Assembly (NCBI GenBank): GCA_004431415.1
Contig: QPMI01000402.1
Location: forward strand, 62,001-126,000
Reading direction: 5' to 3'
Origin: Cyanophora paradoxa CCMP329
Taxonomy: Eukaryota > Plantae > Glaucophyta
DNA: 64,000 nt
In this document: positions 10,081-20,508 of the stretch, in pieces
Position numbering within the stretch: position 1 is the first letter of the stretch
Layout: each line of letters begins with the position of its first letter
Translations under genes and position numbers: made by a program
The notes under the pieces: model-generated
The model's database searches: none
What the model was told of the DNA's origin: nothing
The model's input: only the letters and a program-made list of their open reading frames with translations

Positions 10081-12282
10081 TTTACCAGACGAAATCGTCC
10101 AGACAATGATCAGAAGTTACACTACTGTGACACATGCTTATCTCGATTCAGGTCTGAGGCTAAACTCACTGCTCATGTTGACTCAAATAGATGCATTGAC
10201 TGGAGACTCTCAAAGGGAATCACCCCTAAACCTGAAACCACCATAGAGTTTGGACTGAAAAACCTCAGGAAAACTGTTTGGCTTCCTGTTGTGGTCTACT
10301 GCAAGATTGAACATAGAAGCATCCCCATTGATGCATCGAAATCCAAGAGGGAAGTCTCAGCAGTCAACCTGAGAGTAGTCACTGGGGCAGATGTTCAGGA
10401 GTTTCGATTTGAGGGTCAGGATCCAATGGGAGGTCTCTTTGAATGCTTGGAGTCCAAAGCAAGAGAACTAATCGATTTCCTGTTCACCAATATTCCTATG
10501 AATGAACTCACAGATGAGCAGAAAGCAATTTACAGAGCTACCAAAAACTGTTACCTTTGCAGTGAGAGATTCACTAAGGAGAACTTTAAATGCAGAGATC
10601 ATGATCACCACACAGGTCAGTACATTGCTCCTGCATGCAGAAACTGCAATCTCCATAGGAGAATCTCAAAGCAAACCAAAGTTGCAGTAGTTGTTGACCA
10701 AATGGATGACTGTGGGACATTCATTTTCAGAAAAATAGCAGGCATGGGTGATAAAAAGCGAATCGAAATCCTTTCGAAAAACTTTGATCAATACCTTTCA
10801 TTGCAATGGGGTCTTTACAAGTTCATTGATGCAAGCAATTTCATGGATTTTGGAGCTGCTGATGTAGATGAGTTAATGAACAAATTCCAAGCCTTCAGAA
10901 GGCTTTCACACTCAGTATATGGACTTGACCCAGTTCATTATGTATCTGCACCTGGGTTATCTTGGGATGCTATGCTTAGGACCACCGAGGCAAAAATAGA
11001 GCTTATAAGTGATGTAGAGCAATACGAATTTGTTGAGAGGGGAATCAGGGTGGCTTTGCAACAATGCCTTGTAGGTATGCTGAGGCTGATGGTGAGAACT
11101 CCCACATTATGCTGTTTGATGCTAACAACTTGTATGGCTACTGTTTGAGTCAGCCAATTCCAGTTGGTGATTTTAGATGGGAGACCGAATTCAACCCACA
11201 AGATAACAGATCCAGTTTCCTGGAAGTTGATCTGGAATACCCAATAAGGCTATATCTAGACCACAGTGATTTCCCCCTAATTATTAACAAGAAAATAGTA
11301 GAATATGCGGAATTATCACAATATCAAAAGAGCCTGTTGGATCTTTCAGGAGAAGAGCTTGATAAGACCCCTAAGCTAACTGCAACCTTTGGTTCTGTGG
11401 CAAACTATGTGATTTCTGAGCCTCTTCTGCAATATCTGTTGGACAAAGGTGTGAAATTAAAGAAAATTCACAGGGTCCTCTCATTTACTGTGGCTCCTGT
11501 AATGAAACCCTACATTGAGCTGAATACTGAGATGAGAAGGAAAGCAGTGAATAAATTCGAGGCTGATTTCTATAAACTCATGAATAACTCAATCTATGGG
11601 AAATGCATTGAATCTTGCAGAGGTAGATCTGTGGTTAAGATTGCAAACAGTGAGAAACTGTTTATGAAATATGCAGCTTCCCATTGGTGAAATCAACAAG
11701 TCCCATAAACGAAAAAGCAGTTGCCTTTGAGTTTTACACAAAGCATGTGAAACTAGATAAGCCTGTTGCAATTGGGGCTTATGTTTTGGATGCAGCCAAA
11801 CTGCATAATTACCAGTTCTTCTATGATACTGTAAGGTCCCAATGGACAAAAGCAAAGTTACTATTCCATGATACTGACTCCTTCTGTCTATATATTGAAT
11901 CTAAGACCTTACAAAAAGATATAGAGAATATATCTTATGCCTTGGACCTAGGGGATCTAACAGAATGACCCCAGGTAAATACAAAAATGAAATGCCTGGC
12001 TCTGCAATATTGGAGTATGTAGGTCTGAGAGCAAAAGTTTACAGTTTCAGAACTGCTGAGATTGAGAGGAGTAAGCTCTCTGGGACTTCCACTGAGGAAC
12101 TCCAATTTAATGATTTTAAGCAGTGTTTATTTGCAGGTATCAGCAAGACTGTGACTGCAAAGCAGAAGAGAAGGGCAGATCACACAATAATAGATACCGT
12201 GAGTAGAAGGGTTGCCCTAAACTGCTTTGATGCAAAGAGATACATCTTACCAGATGGTATTAATTCTGTTCCTTTTAATTAA
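10081..12282 (+). CDS. polB: Protein-primed family B DNA polymerase with a Zn finger and an endonuclease VII-like insert; N-terminus missing; three homopolymer frameshifts
   Basis: HYCDTCLSRF...LTAH...C Zn finger; CYLC...CRDHDHHTGQYIAPACRNCN (EndoVII); YGLDPVHYVSAPGLSWDAML; motif A FDANNLYG; motif B KLMNNSIYGK; motif C HDTDS; GLRAKVYS; FDAKRYIL. ORF pieces rejoin by adding one G or C at about 11050, 11681 and 11954. Confidence 0.9.
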
Positions 12283-12285
12283 GAG

Positions 12286-13671
12286 ATGCCAGCAACTGGA
12301 AGAATAGTTAGGAGAACCACTGAGCAACTACAAGGTAACCTACTGCCTATCACAGTTCCAAAGGAGGAAAAAGGGGAATCTCGAATTGTCAAAAAATCAG
12401 AGATGAAAGAGCTTGTCCCTGTGGAGATCCCAGTTGCTATTGCAGTGAAAGAAACTAGCAAGATTGCCAAGAGATTCTATGATGTGAGGACTGGTTACAA
12501 AGGGCTTCAAGCTATGAGGGCTGAGTTACCAGATGAATCCTATAAGCAGTTGCAAGAGTTCTATAAAAAACAAGAGGTAGTTCAGATCAATGCACCTGCT
12601 ATATCTAGGAAGAGAGATCCCATGGTTCCAATAAGGCAACCCCTTGATACCTATGTGATTGATTTGCTCTTTTTCCCAGCTTATAAGAAACAAAACAATG
12701 GCTATGATACCTTTATGACTGCTATGGAATCAACACTGAGAACTGGATATATCATACCTATAAGAGATAAATCAGCTCTCACTACATTAGCTGCATTTAA
12801 GCAGCTTGAAATGAGAGTGGCAAGACCCATAGTAAAAGTTCAATCAGATGCTGGGAGTGAGTTCCAAAATCGAATATTCCAGGAGTATTTATCTAGTAAA
12901 TTCATAGAACACCAAGTGAGTGGAACTGCTGACCATAGAAGCCAAGGTCGAATTGAAGCCTTTAACAAGCAGATTAAGAGACTGATCACAAACTACTGCA
13001 TAGCTAATAACACAGCTAGATTCTTTGATGTGTTAGGTGATATTGAGTATAATTACAATAATACAGTTCACTCAGCTACTAAGATGAAGCCAGGCGAAAC
13101 TACAGAGGAGCATTATAGGTATATAGTGGGATTAGAAGATGAAAGATTCAAGAAATCAATAGCTTACCTTGATACCATGCAGCCAGGCATGTTTGTTAGA
13201 GTGAAAGTTGAGAAAAATGCCTTTGCTAAACAGGGTAACAATTGGTCTAGGATGGTTTACACTGTTGATAGTAGGGAAGGCTTTAAGTTTAAGCTAAGGA
13301 GTCCCACTGGTGAGATCATAGAAAACAGGTTTGCTTTCCATGAGCTGTTACCTGTGAATTCAGTTGAGTATCTGGAAACACCTACAGTGGATGCATTAGA
13401 GCAAGCCAAAGAGGAAGCCAAGGTTGATGCTGCTATAAGGAGAGAAGGCATAGAAGCTGCTAATGAAGTCCCAGATAAGCCTTTGATAGAGGCTAGAAAG
13501 GAGAAGACTGGCAAGGTTAATAGGGAACTCAAAAAGCTCACTATAGCAGGGACACAGAAACTTTCTGAGGTTAATAGCCAGAGATGGTATAATGACTTTC
13601 AGACTACTAAGGAGTCATATACAGCCCCTAAACCTCAGAGAACACTAAGAGAAAGGACCAAAACTAGCTAG
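12286..13671 (+). CDS. Retroviral-type (rve) DDE integrase of the Polinton/Maverick class
   Basis: YVIDLLF / QSDAGSEF / GRIEAFNKQIK catalytic triad; YNNTVHSATKMKP; SH3-like PGMFVRVK...FAK...WSRMVYTV. Starts 3 nt after the PolB stop. Confidence 0.92.
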   Translation: MPATGRIVRRTTEQLQGNLLPITVPKEEKGESRIVKKSEMKELVPVEIPVAIAVKETSKIAKRFYDVRTGYKGLQAMRAELPDESYKQLQEFYKKQEVVQINAPAISRKRDPMVPIRQPLDTYVIDLLFFPAYKKQNNGYDTFMTAMESTLRTGYIIPIRDKSALTTLAAFKQLEMRVARPIVKVQSDAGSEFQNRIFQEYLSSKFIEHQVSGTADHRSQGRIEAFNKQIKRLITNYCIANNTARFFDVLGDIEYNYNNTVHSATKMKPGETTEEHYRYIVGLEDERFKKSIAYLDTMQPGMFVRVKVEKNAFAKQGNNWSRMVYTVDSREGFKFKLRSPTGEIIENRFAFHELLPVNSVEYLETPTVDALEQAKEEAKVDAAIRREGIEAANEVPDKPLIEARKEKTGKVNRELKKLTIAGTQKLSEVNSQRWYNDFQTTKESYTAPKPQRTLRERTKTS

Positions 13672-13896
13672 TTTGCTAGGCAAAAACTCGTTTTTTCCAA
13701 ATATATGTATGACTGATATACATATATGCACATGATATACACATAGTCTTGTAGATCTTATCAAGCGCTTCACAGCGATATGCAGAACGTTGCGTTTTGA
13801 TGATCTGGTGATGAGATATAACAGTTTGAAGATGCAAAAGTCACTTGCCATAGTAGACTTGGTGAAACACTAGCCCAGGAGTCGACTAGATGGCAA

Positions 13897-13970
13897 GCCG
13901 TTTTTGGCTCAGAGAATAAAGCGCTAGATTACTGACTCAGAACTACGAGGTTCAAATCCGACCGGGAACC
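13897..13970 (+). other. Degenerate tRNA-like / Pol III promoter-like sequence
   Basis: TGGCTCAG (A-box-like) and GGTTCAAATCC (B-box) at tRNA spacing; the stems pair poorly. Confidence 0.35.
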
Positions 13971-14559
13971 TTTACTTCGTTCGCCGTGAAACTTGAAAAG
14001 TAAAAAAAAACGCGGTTTTTTCTAGATTAATGCTGTACCCGTCTAGAAACTCACTATTCACGTTTGCTACGATATCTCAACACCACATGCTCAAATCGAT
14101 GCGCTTAAAACGTCATAAAATCGAGCATTTTAAGGCGGTCACAGCGCTACTATCACATCTAGGATTTTCGATACCTGTGACTCCAAATCGCGATGAAACC
14201 GATTTTGAATTTTGATTTTAAATTCGATTAAAATCCATTAAACGTGAGTTTTTAATACAGATCACCAGGAAGTTATCAAATCGATACACCAACGATTCAA
14301 TATAATCACCAATATCATACATAACAATAAATTGCAATCACATCTACGAATCTCGATGTGTATACATCGCTATTACGATTAAACCGATTTTGAAAATTCA
14401 AAACTAATTCGATTAAATTCGATTATAACGAAAGAGTTAAAGATCTACATCAAATACTTATCAACTCAATCACCTGATAACATCGAATAATCAACCCAAA
14501 TCTACTTTAGAGATAATCGTGATTACATATGTGAAATCATCAATCTAACACTGCATTTA

Positions 14560-15325
14560 GTAAGCATCTCCCCTTGATTCCCCCTATTATATTATATTTA
14601 TATTTAAGTGGACTCAAGGTTGACTCATATTAATCGTAAAAGTAGTAATAGTATATGGATTTTGTTACGAATTCAATGCAAGGGTTGACTAAGTGGGTTG
14701 AGTTGACTCAAATTTCACAGGAAATATTTGGGACCTAAAGTTTTCTAAAAAGGATTTCAAAAAATGTGTCAACTCCCCCCACTTAGTCAACCCTGACCAT
14801 AAACAGTAAGGATTTGAGCTAACAAGTATCACAAAGTGAACATATTGAGTCCACTTAGAAGATCAACCTAACAGTTTAGAGTCAAATTTACTTGGGAATT
14901 CGATTTGTATAAAAAAGTGAGTCCACCCTGACCATATTCAATAAGCATTCCTCTTAATCCCCTTGTTTATATTTACATTGATTAATATTTAATACTAAGT
15001 GGACTCATGGTTGATTCATATTAATCGTAAAAGGAGTAAATGTATATAAAAATGTGACCATTTCAATGCTAAGGTTGACTAAGTGGGTTGAGTTGACTCA
15101 AATTTCAGAGGAAATTTTGAGATCCAAAGAATATTCTATAAAAGATTTTGAAAAATGTGTCAACTCCCCCCACTTAGTCAACCCTGACCATATACAGTAA
15201 GCATTAGAACTTAAATGTATCACAAAGTGAACATTATGAGTCCACTTAGAAGATCCACTTTTGAAATATAAGTTGATTTTGCTTGAAATTTCAAAGTTGA
15301 TCTAAAAGTGAGTCCACCCTGATTG
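14560..15325. repeat. Two ~390-bp direct repeats, each a nested imperfect palindrome
   Basis: AAGTGGACTCAA (14606) / TTGAGTCCACTT (14845) and AGGGTTGACTAAGTGGG (14681) / CCCACTTAGTCAACCCT (14778), repeated with a ~390-bp offset. Confidence 0.85.
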
Positions 15326-15675
15326 ATTATGGTAACAAAGTTGACTAAGTTGACTAAGTTGAGTCATCTTAAAAAATTCAAGAAGACTAAGAGTTCAAAA
15401 TGTTTATGAAAAGTGAGTCAACTTAGACCACTTATGGTAACAAAGTTAAATATTTAATTGATTTAATAGGAAAAGAACATGATTTAATCGAATTTATTGA
15501 TATAATTCCGATTAGATTCATTTAGGATTCAATTAAGATTAATCGAAGTTATAGATATAATTCCGATTAACTACAATTAAGATACAATATCGATTAATCG
15601 AGTTTATCGATATAACATCGATTAAATTAATTGAAAATGCATTTCAGGCGAAGCCTCTTTCAGGCGAAGCCTCTT

Positions 15676-18378
15676 TCTCAAACCCAAAAACCGACGATCT
15701 AAATTCCTTTTTTAACCTTTTTTTCCACTCAAGATCCCCCCTGCTAAATAATTTCCATGTCGCACTCCCTCGAGGCAGAATTATTAATTCTGCCTCGACA
15801 CGGGCGCGATTGCTGCTAGTCACACACCCACCCGAACCCCCACAGACCTCTCTAGATCCATTTTTAGCGTCCTGGCTCCCCTAAGACGACCGCTCGCCCG
15901 TGGGCGTCCCGCGAAAATCGAATTTCCCTCTGGATCAATTCCGGTACTTAACCTCCGACAAATGCAGTCCGAGTCAGAAGGTGGGACCCGGCCCGCCCGG
16001 TCCCGCGACGAAATTGCGCCAGGGACGCCCCAGAACGATACAGAATGACGGACGAGCGCGAGCGCATCGCCGCAAGCTCGATTTCGGGCGCCGTCGACCG
16101 TCGGACGCTCCAGTACGAAGAGTCGGCCGAAAATTTGATCCGGCCGGTTCCGGCCGGTCCCGCAACGCGCGCAATCCATGCGTACTGGCGCGCATAGACA
16201 TAGCACGGCCTGCCCACCCCCAAAATCCGCTTTTCGGAGCCGCAACAGCGCAGGAAGGTACCCGATGACAAAAATTCGATCCTGCACGGGCCCGGACATC
16301 TTTCCGCGCGCCCGCGCCGCGGCGCATGCGCGGAGCAATAGCATAAGCATCTGAGATGTAGAGCAAGCGTTTCGCACGCTTTACTGATGTGCCGGGCCGC
16401 GAGGGCCCAGCCGACCCCGAAAATTCGATCCTGGACAGGCCCGGACATCTTTCCGCGCGCCCGCGCCGCGGCGCATGCGCGGAACAATAGCATAAGCATT
16501 TCAGATGTAGAAGAAGCCCTCCACACGGTTTGCACATGCGCCCAGTCGCGATGACCCAGCCGACCCCGAAAATTCAATCCTCTTCAAACCTGAACAACTT
16601 TCCGCGCGCCCTCGCGTCCTCACGCAGGCCGCATCGCTGGTATATTCATTTGAGATTTTATCAAAGCCTTCCACAAACTTCGAAGACGCGAAAGAGCACG
16701 AGAACCCAACCGACGGCAAAAATTCGATCCTAGACAGGCCCGGAGATCTTTCCGCCCGCCCACGCCGCGGCGCATGCGCGGAACGATAACATAAGCATTT
16801 GAGATGTAGAAGAAGCCTTCCGCACGGTCTCTAAATGCGCCAGGCCGCGAGGATCCAGCCGACCCCGAAAATTCGATCCTTCACGGACCTGAAGACCTTT
16901 CCGCGCGCCCTCGCATCCTCACCCATGCCCATCGCTACAGTATTCACTTAAGATCTTTTTAAAGGTTTTCGCGAGCTCTGCGGGCGCGACAGGGCACGAG
17001 AACCCAGCCGACGCGAAAATTCGATCCTGAACGGGCCTGCACAGCTTTCCGCGCGCCCTCGCCTCCGCAGCCCTGCATATTGATACTATATGCATTCGAG
17101 GTTCTGTTTAAGCGATTCGCAAGCTCTGCGCATGCGCCTGGCTGCGAGAATCTCGCCCCTCCCGGGCCTCCCCCCCAACAATATATTAATTTTACCAGCC
17201 GACGCGAAAATTCGATCCTGAACGGGCCTGCACAGCTTTCCGCGCGCCCTCGCCTCCGCAGCCCTGCATATTGATACTATATGCATTACTCCCTCGAGGA
17301 CGAATTATTAATTCTGCCTCGACACGGACGCGATTGCCGCTAATGACTCAGCTACCCTAACCCCCACAGACCTCTCTAGATCCATTTTTAGCGTCGTGGC
17401 TCCCCTAAGACGACCGCTCGCCCGTGGGCGTCGCGCGAAAATCGAATTTCCCTCTGGATCAATTCCGGTACTTAACCTCCGACAAATGCAGTCCGAGTCA
17501 GAAGGTGGGACCCGGTCCCGCCCGGTCCCGCGACGAAATCGCGCCAGGGACGCCCCAGAACGATACAGAATGCCGCGCGAGGGCGAGCGCATCGCCGCAA
17601 GCTCGATTTCAAGCGCCGTCGACGCTCCAGTGCGAAGAGTCGGCCGAAAATTTGATCCAGCGCTAGCCGGTCCCGCCCGGTCCCGCGACGCGCGCAATCG
17701 ATGCGTACTGGCGCGCATGGACATAGCAGGGCCTGCGCACCCCGAAATCCGCTTTTCGGAGCCGGAACAGCGCAGGAAGGTACCCGACGGCCAAAATTCG
17801 ATCCTGCACGCGCCCTGACATCTTTCCGCGCGCCCACGCCGCGGCGCATGCGCGGAACGATAGCATAAGCATTTAAGATGTAGGCAAAGTCTTCCGCACG
17901 CTTTGCGTATGCGACGGGCCGCGAGGACCCAGCCGACCCCGAAAATTCGATCCTGCATGGACCTGCACATCTTTCCGCGCGCCCTCGCCTCGAGCTCCGC
18001 AGCCCCGCACATCGATGCTATAGCTATATGCATTCAAGATTCTGTTTAAGCGATTCGCAAGCTCTGTGCATGCGCCTGGCCGCGAGAACCTTGCCCTCCC
18101 GGGCCTCCCTCTCAACAATATTATATATAATTCATCTCCTCTAATCTCAACCTGCTCCGGCCTCCCTTTATTTCCTCAGTACATTAATATTCCTCTAGTT
18201 ATATTCCTCTAGCCGGCCAGCGGTAGCTGGACTGGCCGTCAGCCGGCCAGCTTCCAACCAGAAAGCTGTTCGCGATCGGCCAGGCCGCTGGCCAGTGCCC
18301 TATAGGCCTACTGTGACAGCCGCGAGGGCGTCCGCGAGGCTTCGCCGTACTTAGTGCTCCGCAGGAGCACGGATCTTG
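15676..18378 (+). mobile_element. Non-autonomous Helitron-like element, copy 1 (internally duplicated)
   Basis: 5' TC(TCAAACCC...); 3' hairpin GTGCTCC-GCA-GGAGCAC followed by GGATCTTG; no TSD; many internal AAAATTCGATCCT sub-repeats; internal restart at about 17288. Confidence 0.7.
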
Positions 18379-20319
18379 TCTCAAACCCAAAAACCGACGA
18401 TCTAAATTCCTTTTTTAACCTTTTTTTCCACTCGAGATCCCCCCTGCTAAATAATTTCCGTGTCGCACTCCCTCGAGGCAGAATTATTAATTTTGCCTCG
18501 ACACAGACGCGATTGCTGCTAGTCACACAGCCACCCGAACCCCCACAGACCTCTCTAGAGCCAATTTTAGCGTCCTGGCTCCCCTAAGACGACCGCTCTC
18601 CGTGGGCGTCGCGCGAATATCGAATATTCCTCTGGATCAATTCCGGTTCTTAACCTCCGACAAATCCAGTCCGAGTCAGAAGGTGGGACCCGGTCCCGCC
18701 CGGTCCCGCGACAAAATCGCGCCAGGAACGCCCCAGAACGATACAGAATGACGCGCGAGGGCGAGCGCATCGCCGCAAACCCGATTTCGCGCGCCGTCGA
18801 CGCTCCAGTGCGAAGAGTCGGCCGAAAATTTGATCCGGCCGGTTCCGGCCGGTCCCGCGACGCGCGCAATCGATGCGTACGGGCGCGCATAGACATAGCA
18901 GCGCCTGCGCACCCCCGAAATCCGCTTTTCGGAGCCGGAAGAGCGCAGGAAGGTACCCGACGGCAAAAATTCGATCCTAGACAGGCCCGGAGATCTTTCC
19001 GCGCGCCCGCGCCGCGGCGCATGCGCGGAACGATAGCATAAGCATTTGAGATGTAGAAGAAGCCTTCCGCACGGTCTCTAAATGCGCCGGGCCGCGAGGA
19101 CCCAGCCGACCCCGGAAATTCGATCCTGGACGGACCTGCACAACTTTCCGCGCGCCCTCGCATCCTCACGCGAGCGCATCGCTACAATTTTCAGTTGACT
19201 CCTTTTTAAAGCTTTTCGCAAGCTCTGCAGGCGCGACAGGGCACGAGAACCCAGCCGACGCAAAAATTCGATCCTGGACATACCCGACGGCAAGAATTCG
19301 ATCCTAGACAGGCCCGGAGATCTTTCCGCGCGCCCACGCCGCGGCGCATGCGCGGAACGATAGCATATGCATTTTAGATGTAGAAGAAGACTTCCGCACG
19401 GTCTCTAAATGCACCAGGCCGCGAGGACCCAGCCGACCCCGAAAATTCGATCCTGTACGGACCTGAACATCTTTCCGCACGCCCTCGCATTCTCGCGCAT
19501 GCGCATCGCTACAATATTCATTTGAGATTTTATCAAAGCCTTCCACAAGCTTCGAAGACGCGAAAGAGCACGAGAACCCAGCCGACGGCAAAAATTCGAT
19601 CCTGCACGGACCCGGACATCTTTCCGCGCGCCCACGCCGCGGCGCATGCGCGGAACAATAGCATAAGCATTTGAGATGTAGGCAAAGACTTCCGCACGCT
19701 TTGCGTATGCGCCGGGCCGCGAGGACCCAGCCGACCCCGAAAATTCGATCCTGTACGTATACGGACCTGCACAGCTTTCCGCGCGCCCTCGCATCCTCGC
19801 GCGTGCGCATCGCTACAATAGTAATTTGAGATCTTTGTTAAGCTTTTCGCGAGCTCCGAGGACGCGACAGGGCGCGAGAATCCAGCCGACCCCGAAAATT
19901 CGATCCTGCATGGACCTGCACGTCTTTCCGCGCGCCCTCGCCTCCGCAGCCCCGCACATCGATGCTATATACATTCGATCGCGAGATTCTGTTTAAGCGA
20001 TTCGCAAGCTCTGTGCATGCGCCTGGCCGCGAGAACCTCGCCCCTCCCGGGCCTCCTTCCCAACAATATTATAATTAATCTCTTCTCAATCTGCTCCACC
20101 CTTTAGTTCCTCAGTAAATTAATATTCCTCTAGCCGGCCAGCGCTAGCTGGACTGGCCGTCAGCCAGCCAGCTTCCAGCCAGCTGCAGAAAGCTGTTCGC
20201 GATCGGCCAGGCCGCTGGCCAGTCGCTGAGTGCCCTATATATATAGGCCTACTGTAACAGCGGCGAGGGCGTCCGCGAGGCTTCGCCGTACTTAGTGCTC
20301 CGCAGGAGCACGGATCTTG
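18379..20319 (+). mobile_element. Non-autonomous Helitron-like element, copy 2, head-to-tail with copy 1
   Basis: Junction ...GGATCTTG|TCTCAAACCC...; same 3' hairpin and CTTG end, followed by T at 20320. Confidence 0.7.
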
Positions 20320-20386
20320 TAAAAATATGAAAATTCATGTGAAAATTCAAATAAATTAATCGATTTTATTGATATAACATCGAATC

Positions 20387-20508
20387 ACACATATGAATAT
20401 TCATATTTTAATCCTGAGGCGGAACGCCGAGGGATTAAAATATGAATATTCATATTTTAATCCTGAGGCGGAACGCCGAGGGATTAAAATATGAATATTC
20501 ATATGTGT
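20387..20508. repeat. 122-bp quasi-palindrome made of 49-bp tandem units
   Basis: ACAC-[ATATGAATATTCATAT-TTTAATCC-TGA-GGCG-GAA-CGCC-GA-GGGATTAAA]x2-ATATGAATATTCATAT-GTGT. Confidence 0.9.

Larger units (their letters stand above)
10081..20508 (+). mobile_element. 5'-truncated Polinton/Maverick (Adintovirus-like) element: pPolB, rve integrase and AT-rich tail, interrupted by Helitrons
   Basis: Abrupt switch to AT-rich, CpG-poor DNA near 10080-10100. The AT-rich tail motif (AATCGA...GATATAACATCGA) continues on both sides of the Helitron pair (15590-15640 and 20355-20385). Ends in a palindrome abutting a truncated host exon at 20509. Confidence 0.7.

Noticed and set aside
11040-11970. Programmed ribosomal frameshifting or a split PolB
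   Set aside because: No slippery heptamers; the same 1-nt homopolymer loss affects unrelated genes throughout the window.
15820-19810. Many 60-240-aa ORFs in the Helitron-like repeats
   Set aside because: No Rep/helicase motifs; frames are not conserved between repeat copies.
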